Shown here in pieces: positions 25,658 through 34,443 of a DNA stretch of 64,000 bases. The position numbers were made by a program, and so were the translations under genes. The notes below the pieces were generated by a model. The model was given only the letters and a program-made list of their open reading frames with translations, searched no databases and had not been told where the DNA came from. The DNA comes from Vicinamibacterales bacterium. GTDB taxonomy: Bacteria; Acidobacteriota; Vicinamibacteria; Vicinamibacterales; UBA823. Each line of letters opens with the position of its first letter. Positions within the stretch are counted from its first letter, which is position 1. The DNA is taken from the NCBI GenBank assembly GCA_965197385.1, contig CBDANA010000008.1, forward strand, positions 31,717 to 95,716. The letters are read 5' to 3'.

Positions 25658-26179
25658 TCAGAAGGCGAGGCGCCGCGGTTCCGCGTCGAGCGCCACGCCC
25701 TCGTGCTCGAGCAGCCAGCGCTTCCGCTCGAGGCCGCCGCCGTACCCCCTTAGCGATCCGTCCGCACCCAACACGCGATGGCACGGCACGATGATGCTCG
25801 CAGGATTTCGGCCGACCGCCAGACCGACGGCACGGGCGCCGTTCGGGCGCCGCAGCTCCCGCGCCAGCGCGCCGTAGGAATCCGTCCGGCCAAACGGGAT
25901 ATCGAGCAGCGCCTGCCAGACGGACAGCTCGAAGGAGGTCCCGCGCAGATCCAGGCTGATGTCGGACGCCCGGGGCCACGCGCCGGCGAAGTACCGATCG
26001 AGCCAGTCGCCGATCGGCGCAGGTGGGTCCGGTGCGGCCTCCACGATCTCGGCATCCGGAAACCACCGGCGCCGTGTGGGGCGCGGGCACTCGAGCGCGC
26101 AGACCCCGCGCGCGGACGTCACGGCGAGGACCTCACCCAGCGGCGTGCGCAACATCGTCATCGCGATCGTCTGAGGCAT
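25658..26179 (-). CDS. ogt: Methylated-DNA--protein-cysteine methyltransferase
   Basis: ..TSFELSVWQALLDIPFGRTDSYGALA..ARAVGLAVGRNPASIIVPCHRVLGADGSLRGYGGGLERKRWLLEHE, with the PCHRV active site. Confidence 0.92.
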   Translation of the reverse strand: MPQTIAMTMLRTPLGEVLAVTSARGVCALECPRPTRRRWFPDAEIVEAAPDPPAPIGDWLDRYFAGAWPRASDISLDLRGTSFELSVWQALLDIPFGRTDSYGALARELRRPNGARAVGLAVGRNPASIIVPCHRVLGADGSLRGYGGGLERKRWLLEHEGVALDAEPRRLAF

Positions 26180-26274
26180 CGGTGGGTCACCGCGGACGCT
26201 GGACGGCCGCTATCATCGCTCGTCCGCGGGCGCTTCGGCAAGTGAGCTGGGGGGACAAAGGGGGCGCCCAACGC

Positions 26275-27180
26275 CTACTGGTTAGACGCGCCGCCGTCAG
26301 CCAGGACGGCTATCAGCGACAGCGGATCGACACGCGCGGTGTTCAAACGCACGGTCCAGTGCAGATGCGGTCCGGTCACGCGCCCGGTCGCCCCGACGTG
26401 GCCGACCAGATCGCCGGCCGCGACGCGGTCGCCTTCCGCGACGGTGATGCGCGACAGGTGCGCGAAGAAGGAATACAGCCCCAGGCCGTGATCGAGGATG
26501 ACGCAGTTGCCGGAAAAATACAGGTCGCCCGCCAGCACGACCGTGCCCACGTTGGGGGCCTGCACGGGCGTCCCCGCGCCCGCCCGAAAATCGGCGCCGC
26601 TATGCGGGCTCCGTGCCTCGCCGTTGAAGACGCTTCGGCGTCCGAAAGCGCTGGTCGCTTCGCCCGGCACGGGGCGCAGGAACGGACCGGACCACTGGGG
26701 CTCCGGCGTCTGCGTCTTGAAGAGCTGCGTGGTCCGCGCCGCTTCCCGCTGGATGCGCTCGAGGACGTCGTCTGGCGGCGTCACGTATTCGGGCGCGACC
26801 ATCAGACGGCGAGTCGCGAACGCCTTGGAGACCACCGCCAGCGGATATCGCGTCTGCACCGTGGCGCCGTCCGGCGCCGTGCCGGCGATCGCCAGCAGAT
26901 GCTCCCGGATGGCCACGTCCAGATCGATCCCAACCAGGCCTTCCCAGATTCGGCGGTCGCCCGTCGGCTGAAACAGCACGGCCCGGTCGAACACCCGGGC
27001 GCGCACGGCGCGCACCGGCCGGGAGAAGGTCGCCGTGACCCGGACGGCCTCGCCCGGTTGAATCGACCTGGCACGGTGTGACACCTCGAGCCTCAGCGCT
27101 GTGTCCTGGGCCATCGCCAGCCACGCATCGGACCCGAGAAGCGCCGTGACGCAGATCAGAATCGCTGGAAGCGGTCGCAT
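26275..27180 (-). CDS. M23-family metallopeptidase
   Basis: ORF 26275..27366. The probable start is MRPLPAILICVTALLG (27180). The C-terminus reads ..HSGADFRAGAGTPV.AP..G.VV..G...FSGNCVILDHGLGLYS.FAHLS...V..GD.V..G..VG.VG.TGRVTGPHLHW. Confidence 0.88.
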   Translation of the reverse strand: MRPLPAILICVTALLGSDAWLAMAQDTALRLEVSHRARSIQPGEAVRVTATFSRPVRAVRARVFDRAVLFQPTGDRRIWEGLVGIDLDVAIREHLLAIAGTAPDGATVQTRYPLAVVSKAFATRRLMVAPEYVTPPDDVLERIQREAARTTQLFKTQTPEPQWSGPFLRPVPGEATSAFGRRSVFNGEARSPHSGADFRAGAGTPVQAPNVGTVVLAGDLYFSGNCVILDHGLGLYSFFAHLSRITVAEGDRVAAGDLVGHVGATGRVTGPHLHWTVRLNTARVDPLSLIAVLADGGASNQ

Positions 27181-27257
27181 ACGACGACTATCGGCGGCCG
27201 ATACGCCGACCTCCAGCCGCCCCGCGCGCGTCCCGCGAACGCGCCCGGAGCCGCAGA

Positions 27258-27767
27258 CTACTGGGTGCGGGCGGTCGAGGGCAGCACGATGCACTTGAGC
27301 CGTATGTAGGTCACGAGGTTGCCGTAGTGCTCGTTGTTGTGGGCGACGTTGAACATGAGGCCCCACACCCGCGTCCGCTCACCGACGAGCTCACCGACCT
27401 TGGCATCGGTCATCGGGGCATAGACACCGTCGCAATACTCGAACGAGGTCCTGAGCCCCTCCACCAGTGCGGCCTTCGCCGTCACGTCCTGTTCGTAACT
27501 CGTCGAGCTCGGGTTGCTGTCGCCGGCCGCCGAGGAGCAGAAGAAGAACTGCGTGCCGGCGACATGGCCGATGAACTCGCCGATGCTACGGACCTCCGGC
27601 GTCGGCCGGAAGCTATACTCGGCCTCCGGGACCAGCTCGGCCGTCTCGATCAAGTTCAGCCGGATGCTTTTGTAGAACTGGATCAAATGCTCCGTCACCG
27701 GATTGTCACTGTCCTGGGCCATTGCCGGCACGCTCGTCACGAGCACGGCAGCCACGAGCCACGTCAA
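27258..27767 (-). CDS. DinB-family (DinB_2-like) protein with a signal peptide
   Basis: 169 aa; ..EAEYSFRPTPEVRSIGEFIGHVAGTQ.. and ..MFNVAHNNEHYGNLVTYIRL.. give the His triad pattern of the DinB superfamily. Confidence 0.7.
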   Translation of the reverse strand: MTWLVAAVLVTSVPAMAQDSDNPVTEHLIQFYKSIRLNLIETAELVPEAEYSFRPTPEVRSIGEFIGHVAGTQFFFCSSAAGDSNPSSTSYEQDVTAKAALVEGLRTSFEYCDGVYAPMTDAKVGELVGERTRVWGLMFNVAHNNEHYGNLVTYIRLKCIVLPSTARTQ

Positions 27768-27963
27768 CTTCTTCCTCGATGAGTACTCCCTGATTGCGGC
27801 CGGGCACGCCCGGCGCGACTCCTTGCGCCGCGTCCTGCCAGCCGAGTGACTTCTCTAGCCTGACCTTACCCGATTCTGTCACAACTGTACGCTTGGCGGG
27901 CGGGTGTAACGTGTATTCGACACTGGCCTACGTGCTGTCCCCGAGCGGCCTCGTCGTCGAGGA

Positions 27964-28968
27964 TTAGCGTCTCGACGCCGAAACCCTGCCGGCGGTCTCG
28001 AGCATCGCGTCGGTGGCCGCGCGACTCACCTCGACGAGGCGCGCCGCCACCCCGTCCCGGGATCGGGTGCCGGGGGTCGGCTGCTCGGCCATCACGACGT
28101 AGACAATCACGCCCTCCGGTCCATCCCAGAATCCCGATCGAATCCGGGTCATCGGGTCGCTGCCGAGCGATCCGCTCTTGAAGTAATGCATCCCCAGCGA
28201 GCCGTCATCCTCCGGCACTCGCAGGATCTTCCAGAGCGCGGTCACCGTGTCGCTCGAGAGCCCGGGCAGGTCGCGTGCGGCCACTCGCTGCAGCACCGCA
28301 GCCAGCGCCGCGGCCGTGGCCTCGTTGTCGCCGGTGACGTCGCGGGCTGCGAGCATGTAGCGCCGCACCACGAGCCCGCCGAACGCCGGATCCCGATCGT
28401 GGATGAGGCCGGTCAGCGCCTCCGGGCCGCCCAGCAGCGCGGTCGTGACGTTCGCCGCGGCGTTGTAGACCGCGTTCGACACGTCGGTGCCGCGGATCAT
28501 CATCTACCCGATCCGCCGGATCGTCGCATCGGCGATCTCGGCCCGTATGTCGGCCCGGTCGTCTACCGTGAAGTGCGCGATGGCCGGGTGGGCGTCGTCG
28601 TTGACGATCGCATCGGCGCCAGACGCCGGCGCGTCGAGCGCGTCGGCATAGGCGGCGAACAGCTCGATCAGATAGGCGGTCCTGATGGCGCTGGCCGACG
28701 CCCGGATCGTCGAGGCCTCGCGCGCGAACCAGGCCTCGCCGGTCGGTCCGCCGACCCACACGCTCAGCGCCAATCCGTCGCCGCGGCCTGGCGTGACGAG
28801 CGCGTCGAGACGCCGGTCGAGTGCCTCGACGTCGACCGTTGGCGTCGGCACCTGCGCCGGATTGGCCGATTGCGGCTCGACGGGCGGCGCGCCGTAGCCG
28901 GCCACCCACAGCCCAGCCACCAGGGCTAGCAGCTGACTCGGCCGGCTAGTCGTCCATCCAGCGCTCAT
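27964..28968 (-). pseudogene. Class-A beta-lactamase-fold serine hydrolase interrupted by an in-frame TAG (28504-28506)
   Basis: ORFs 28504..28968 and 27964..28503 are contiguous in one frame: ..ATIRRIG*MMIRGTDVSNAVYN.. The SxxK position reads SAIR (..RASASAIRTAYLIELF..) and a KSG motif is present (..HYFKSGSLG..). Confidence 0.65.
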
Positions 28969-29009
28969 GCGATCCTCCTCGTGCGCGGCCGCCGAGGCCG
29001 TTCATCAAT

Positions 29010-30635
29010 TCATGGCACCGACGGCGGCGCCGTGTGCTCACGATATTCGGCTGGATCGATCGGCACGTCGATCACGACCGGATCGCCCGTCCGCCGGCCC
29101 TCCCGCACCGCCGCCTCGAGCCCGTCCAGCGTCGTCACCCGGCGGCTCCACGCGCCCAGCGCGGCCGCCGCGGCAGCGAAGTCCGCCTCACCGTACCGGA
29201 CGCCGCGTTCGGTGAGACCGCGGCGCGATTGCGCCTCCTGAATCAGGCTGAGCGACGCGTCGTTGAACACGACGACCACGATCGGCAGCTGGAGTCGCAC
29301 GCAGGTCTCGACGTCGGCCAGCGTCATGCCGAATCCGCCGTCGCCGATCGTGCACAGCACCGGACGCCCGGGATGGACCAGCGTCGCCGCCATGGCCGCC
29401 GGCAAGCCGTAGCTCATCGAGGACAGCCCGTTCGATTCGAAGAAGGTCATCGGCTCATAGGTCGTCCACACCTGCGACGTCACGAACTTCACGGACCCGA
29501 CGTCGGTCGTCGCAATCGTCTCGCGCGGCAGAATGTCCCGCAGACGACGGACGACCGCGCTGGGGGACAACCCGGCCTCCCCGGATGCGGCCGGCTCCAA
29601 GATCGACGCCAGCCGCCGTCGAAACGTCGTCAGCTTGTCGTCGGTCCACTCGACGCCGCCCAGGTCGGCATCGCTCAGGGCCGCCAGCGACTCCCCGACC
29701 GCCCCCGCGAGCTCGAGCGCCGGGCGGAACCGGCCCGCCGCGATCGACAGTGGGCCGATGTTGACCAGCGGCGTCGTCTGGTGCCAGAGCTTGTCCGATT
29801 CGACCGGCTCGAATCCCACACCGACGAGCAGGTCGGCCGACGTCAGAAAGTCCACGATGGCGCCGTCGCCCGACACCCCGGCGCACACGCCGAAGAACTG
29901 CGGGTGATCTTCGGACAGCATGCCCTTGGCCTTCGGCGTCACGAACACCGGCGCGCCCAGGTGCTCGACGAACCGGCGGACGGCGTTGGCGTCATCGGCC
30001 ACGAGGTCGAGGCCGAGCAGGACGACGGGACGACTGGCCTCGCGCAGCCGTGCGATCATCTGCCCGATCGCCTCGGCTGAGGGGGATGGCACGGGCGCGG
30101 GCTCGAGCGGCTCGTCGGCCGGATCGGAGATCTGCCAATCAGCCACCTGGGCAACGTCACTCGGCAGGGCGATGTGTACTGGACCCATGCGCGGCTCCAG
30201 CGCCGTACGGAACGCCCGGCGGACTTTGCGGGCCGTATCCTCCCCGTCGAGCGTCAGCGCCGCCTTCGTGAATGGCCGGTAGACGGCGTTCAGATCGAGC
30301 TGTTGATGCGTCACGTACGGCCGGACGGCCGTGGACGTCGCGGCAGTGATCGCCAGGAGCGGCGAGCGATCGAGAAACGCGTTGGCGACCCTGAGCGTCA
30401 TATTCACGGCGCCTGGACCGAGCGTGGCGACGCAGACACCGGGTCGCCGGAGCATCTGGCCGGTCGTATCCGCCATGAACGACGCGGTCGCCTCGTGCCG
30501 CGTCAGCACGAAGTCGATGTCGACCCGGCGGGCCGCCTCGACGAAGTCGAGGATCTCGCCGCCCGGCAACCCGAAGACCGTCGTGACGCCGCCTGCCTTG
30601 AGCGTTCGGGCCAGCACCTCGGCGCAGGTCGGCAT
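29010..30635 (-). CDS. Thiamine-pyrophosphate-dependent enzyme (acetolactate-synthase-large-subunit-like)
   Basis: 541 aa; ..VTTVFGLPGGEILDF..THEATA.FMAD..G.....GVC.ATLGPGAVN.. and a C-terminal ..IGDGGF.M...E..T.VR..LP...VVFND.. Confidence 0.85.
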   Translation of the reverse strand: MPTCAEVLARTLKAGGVTTVFGLPGGEILDFVEAARRVDIDFVLTRHEATASFMADTTGQMLRRPGVCVATLGPGAVNMTLRVANAFLDRSPLLAITAATSTAVRPYVTHQQLDLNAVYRPFTKAALTLDGEDTARKVRRAFRTALEPRMGPVHIALPSDVAQVADWQISDPADEPLEPAPVPSPSAEAIGQMIARLREASRPVVLLGLDLVADDANAVRRFVEHLGAPVFVTPKAKGMLSEDHPQFFGVCAGVSGDGAIVDFLTSADLLVGVGFEPVESDKLWHQTTPLVNIGPLSIAAGRFRPALELAGAVGESLAALSDADLGGVEWTDDKLTTFRRRLASILEPAASGEAGLSPSAVVRRLRDILPRETIATTDVGSVKFVTSQVWTTYEPMTFFESNGLSSMSYGLPAAMAATLVHPGRPVLCTIGDGGFGMTLADVETCVRLQLPIVVVVFNDASLSLIQEAQSRRGLTERGVRYGEADFAAAAAALGAWSRRVTTLDGLEAAVREGRRTGDPVVIDVPIDPAEYREHTAPPSVP

Positions 30636-30665
30636 CTCTCACCAGTAGCGCGGGATGTTAGTCCG

Positions 30666-31445
30666 TTAGTACCCGCTGCCGCCGCCCCGGGCCGAGTCCG
30701 GCACCGACGCCTGATAGATCACCCGGCCGACGAAGAACGGGCCCATCGCCTGGATGAACTCGGAGGTCTGGCGAGTGAATCGCATGTCTTTGATCAGCTT
30801 GGACAACGGATACAGGTCCGGCCCGAGAATGCCGAGCACGAATTCATTGTCGTCCCGATCCAGGCCGTGGCACTCCAGCCGAATGTCGACGGCATGGCCG
30901 GCCTCGCCGTAGCCGCGCCCGATCATCGCGTGCTCGCCCATGATCTTCGCCTGCTCGCCCCGCGGAAGCCGGTTGAACGCACCGAAGCGCCTGAGTGGAT
31001 ACCACACGGCCCACTCGAGCTCTGGGTTGAGCGCGTGCCGCCGCGCCTTGCGCAGCAGGAAGTCTTCCACGTCTGGCTCCCGGCCGCCCGCATACGTCCG
31101 ACCGAGCATCGTGAAATCTGGAAGGGGCATCAGCGCGGTGAACTCCGGCGTGAGGAACAACTCGCGCGCCACGGTGGCGAAGTGGCGCGGATCCTCCGTC
31201 AGCACCAGCACACCGATACCGCGCGGATCGTTCACGTTGGCGTAGACCACGGCTTCCAGCCCACTCCGCCGAACCGCCTCGACCGCCGGCGCTGTGTCCA
31301 GCACACCGGTAAACACCTGCAACTGCACGAACAGCCGCCGATCGAGCGTCTGCGGCGCGCCGCGCCGCGGCCCGCCATGCTCCAGCAGGTCTGGAACGAA
31401 GCGGTCGAACGGCGCTCCCCCAACTGATGCGTGTCGGTCACCCAT
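30666..31445 (-). CDS. Chlorite-dismutase-family protein (Cld/HemQ-like)
   Basis: ..WAVWYPLRR...FN.LP..EQ..IM.EH...GR.Y......D.RL.CHGLD..DNEFV.G..G.DL.PLS.L...MR.T.QTS.. The start is the ATG at 31445 (a GTG lies at 31448), directly abutting the hexanucleotide array. Confidence 0.7.
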   Translation of the reverse strand: MGDRHASVGGAPFDRFVPDLLEHGGPRRGAPQTLDRRLFVQLQVFTGVLDTAPAVEAVRRSGLEAVVYANVNDPRGIGVLVLTEDPRHFATVARELFLTPEFTALMPLPDFTMLGRTYAGGREPDVEDFLLRKARRHALNPELEWAVWYPLRRFGAFNRLPRGEQAKIMGEHAMIGRGYGEAGHAVDIRLECHGLDRDDNEFVLGILGPDLYPLSKLIKDMRFTRQTSEFIQAMGPFFVGRVIYQASVPDSARGGGSGY

Positions 31446-31446
31446 C

Positions 31447-31562
31447 ACTCATACTCATACTCATACTCATACTCATACTCATACTCATACTCATACTCAT
31501 ACTCATACTCATACTCATACTCATACTCATACTCATACTCATACTCATACTCATACTCATAC
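31447..31562. repeat. Perfect hexanucleotide microsatellite, (ACTCAT)x19 plus AC
   Basis: Counted directly: 114 nt of uninterrupted ACTCAT units from 31447 to 31560, followed by AC. It is AT-rich in a GC-rich context and reads (ATGAGT)n on the minus strand. Confidence 0.98.
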
Positions 31563-31653
31563 GCTGATGCCTCGCCCCGGGCACCCTCGGCGGCGCCCGA
31601 ACGCACGGATCTTACCTCGGGAACGGCATGGCGGTCGCGCCCGGCGGCACGGC

Positions 31654-32603
31654 TTACGCGCCGTCGAGAACTGCTCGCACCTTTCGGGTGAGGGTCTCCT
31701 CCGTCAACGGTTTCGGCAGGAACGCGAGCCCAGGCTCCAGGACCCCGTGGCGCACGATCAACTGATCGGCGAACCCGGACATGTAGAGCACTTTCAGCGT
31801 CGGACAGAGCTCGGAGGCGGCCATGGCCAGCTCCCGACCGTTCATACCCCGCATGACGACGTCGGTCAGCAGCAAATCGACCCGGCCGGCATGGGCGCGG
31901 CATTCACGTAGCGCGGCCGCGCCGCCCGACGCCTCGATGACGGTGTAGCCGCTCTTCTGGAGGACCTGACGGGCCAGCTGGCGCACGGACTGCTCGTCGT
32001 CGACGAGCAAAATCGTCTCGGTGCCGCGGGGATTCGCGCTCGACGCCTCGGGCGCGGTCGCCGAGTTGGCTGGCCCCTCGACTTCCGGCAGATAAATTCG
32101 GAAGGTCGTCCCCTGCCCCGGCTCGGACTCGGCCGTGATCGTCCCGCCACTCTGGGTGACGATGCCGTAGGCGGTCGACAATCCGAGCCCGGCCCCCTTG
32201 CCGCGAGGCTTCGTCGTGAAGAACGGCTCGAAGACATGCGCACGCGTCTCCTCTCGCCGACCAGGGCACGCAGGCGCGGCGCGCAGCGACTGACGAACGA
32301 TCCGAGATCGACGATCTGCGGCTGGAGAATCTGCCGCTGACTGAACGCCAGCAACTGGTTCGTCAGCTCGGCCGCGCGCTGCCCGGCGCCCAGAATTTTC
32401 TTGACGTCGTCGACCCTCGCGTCGTCGCCCGGCAACGCTTCCAGCACGATCTGGGCAAAGCCATTGATGGTCGTCAGCAGGTTGTTGAAGTCGTGGGCGA
32501 CACCGGCCGCCAGACGACCGATCGCCTGCAGTTGCCGTGTCTCCTGGCGCTGGTCTTCGATCGTCAGAGTCTTGGTGACATCCTCACGTAGCCGCTTGGT
32601 CAT
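31654..32603 (-). pseudogene. Remnant of a hybrid sensor histidine kinase/response regulator (no sensor domain, internal deletion of most of the ATPase domain, frame change)
   Basis: ORF 31866..32603 has the H-box ..[20 protein letters not shown].. then ..[24 protein letters not shown], after which the frame is lost. A third frame reads ..[33 protein letters not shown].. and continues into ORF 31654..32181, which has an intact REC domain (..[22 protein letters not shown]..). The N and G1 boxes are missing. Confidence 0.8.
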
Positions 32604-32757
32604 TGAGTCATAGGGTCATCGAATCACTGGTCGCCGGCGTACAGCTGCGCGGCGGCGTCTGCTCGGCGCTGCACGAAGCACAGCCTATCAGCCCGTCGAG
32701 TATGCTACACGCTGGCAGGGTCGTCCATCGACACGAGATGCACAGCCTTGAAGGTCA

Positions 32758-34443
32758 ATGAATGACGTTGCCATGACAGAAAGACGTCCGATCCTCATCG
32801 TCGCTAGCGGCGATTCCAGGCGCAGCGCCAACCGCCGCTGCTGGCCGACCCAGCAGGCGCTCGAGGCGGCCGTCGGGGCCGCGATGACGGAGCTGGGCCG
32901 GGAGACGCGTCGGGCCCACGCGCCCGACCCGGACGCCGGCCATGGCTTCATCGACGGCCAGGCTCGAGGTCTCGAAGTGTTTCGCCGCGTCGACCCCCAG
33001 GCCCCGCTCGTCGTCGCCACCGCCGTCTGGCAGTACACCAGCCACGTGCTGGCCGGGCTCACCCGTCATCGGGGGCCAATCCTGACGCTCGCGAACTGGA
33101 GCGGCGAGTGGCCGGGTCTCGTCGGCCTGCTCAACCTGAACGGCTCGCTCACCAAGGCCGGCATTTCGTACAGCAGCATTTGGAGCGAAGAGTTCAGAGA
33201 CGAGTTCGCCACCCGCGCGCTACGCGAGTGGCTGGACCACGGCCGGATCACGCACGACCTGTCCCACGTCAACCCGTTCGACGAACGCCCCTGGTCAGAC
33301 CGGTTCAACGCACACCATGAGCCGGAGACCCGCGGCCGGGCCCTGGGCGTGAGCCTGCGCGCCGACCAAGCGATTCTCGGTGTGTTCGACGAGGGGTGCA
33401 TGGGCATGTTCAACGCCATCGTGCCCGACCACCTGCTCCACTCCCTCGGCCTGTTCAAGGAACGGCTCAGCCAGTCCGCGCTCTACGCCGCCATGCTCGA
33501 GGTGAAGGACACGACGGCCCGGGCGCATCTGGCCTGGCTCCGAGAGCGAGGGATGCAGTTCGTCCTGGGCCCGGACCCCGAGCAGGATCTGACCGAGGAG
33601 CAAGTGCTTGAGGGGCTGAAGATGTACGACGCGGCGGCCCGTCTGGCCGACCGGTTCGGTTGCGCCGCCATCGGCATCCAGTATCAGCAAGGCTTGAAGG
33701 ACCTCTGCGTCGCCTCGGATCTGGCCGAAGGCTTGCTCAATAATCCGGACCGCCCGCCGGTGGCCGGCGATGACGGCCGGCCCGCCTTCGACGGCCTGGC
33801 CATTCCCCATTTCAACGAGGTGGACGAGTGCGCCGGCGTCGACGCACTGCTGACCCACCGGGTGTGGACGGCGCTGGGCCTTGACCCGTCCACGACGCTG
33901 CATGACGTGCGCTGGGGCGAGGCCGTTCGTGCGCATGGGGTGGATGAATTCGTCTGGGTCTTCGAAATCTCGGGCGCGGCGCCCGCCAGCCATTTCATCG
34001 ACGGCTATGCGGGTGCCGTCGGCGAGCGCCAGCCGGCGATGTACTTCCCGGGCGGTGGCTCGACGCTGAAGGGCATCAGCAAGCCGGGTGAGATTGTCTG
34101 GAGCCGCATCTACGTCGAGCGGGACGCGCTCCACATGGACATCGGGCGCGGCGGCGTCGTCCGGCTGCCCCGCGACGAAACCGAGCGGCGGTGGCGCCTG
34201 ACCACGCCGCAGTGGCCAATCATGCACGCCGTGCTGTACGGCGTCGGCCGCGACCAGCTGATGGCGAAGCACAAGGCGAACCACATCCAGGTGGCCTACG
34301 CGCGGGATGACGCGTCGGCGCTCGACGCGCTCGTGATGAAAGCGGCCATGGCCGACGAGCTGGGCCTGCAGGTGAATCTGTGCGGCCAGATCGTCGACTC
34401 GCTGGACCGGCATCAGGCGCCGGAGCACCGACACCGACGATGA
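32758..34443 (+). CDS. Putative sugar isomerase of the L-fucose/L-arabinose isomerase superfamily
   Basis: 561 aa. The assignment rests on a general resemblance (..[32 protein letters not shown]..) and on translational coupling (ATGA) to ribulokinase. It is tentative. Confidence 0.45.
   Translation: MNDVAMTERRPILIVASGDSRRSANRRCWPTQQALEAAVGAAMTELGRETRRAHAPDPDAGHGFIDGQARGLEVFRRVDPQAPLVVATAVWQYTSHVLAGLTRHRGPILTLANWSGEWPGLVGLLNLNGSLTKAGISYSSIWSEEFRDEFATRALREWLDHGRITHDLSHVNPFDERPWSDRFNAHHEPETRGRALGVSLRADQAILGVFDEGCMGMFNAIVPDHLLHSLGLFKERLSQSALYAAMLEVKDTTARAHLAWLRERGMQFVLGPDPEQDLTEEQVLEGLKMYDAAARLADRFGCAAIGIQYQQGLKDLCVASDLAEGLLNNPDRPPVAGDDGRPAFDGLAIPHFNEVDECAGVDALLTHRVWTALGLDPSTTLHDVRWGEAVRAHGVDEFVWVFEISGAAPASHFIDGYAGAVGERQPAMYFPGGGSTLKGISKPGEIVWSRIYVERDALHMDIGRGGVVRLPRDETERRWRLTTPQWPIMHAVLYGVGRDQLMAKHKANHIQVAYARDDASALDALVMKAAMADELGLQVNLCGQIVDSLDRHQAPEHRHRR

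Noticed and set aside
31447-31562. CRISPR array.
   Set aside because: The only regular repeat array has 6-nt units with no spacers. No repeat-spacer architecture or cas genes occur anywhere in the window.
31294-31911. ORFs that translate the hexanucleotide array as (HT)n, (YS)n or (YE)n peptides (31294..31911, 31431..31691, 31445..31903).
   Set aside because: The flanking parts of these ORFs have non-coding-like composition or overlap the response-regulator gene out of frame. The repeat is better explained as non-coding DNA in a leader or promoter.
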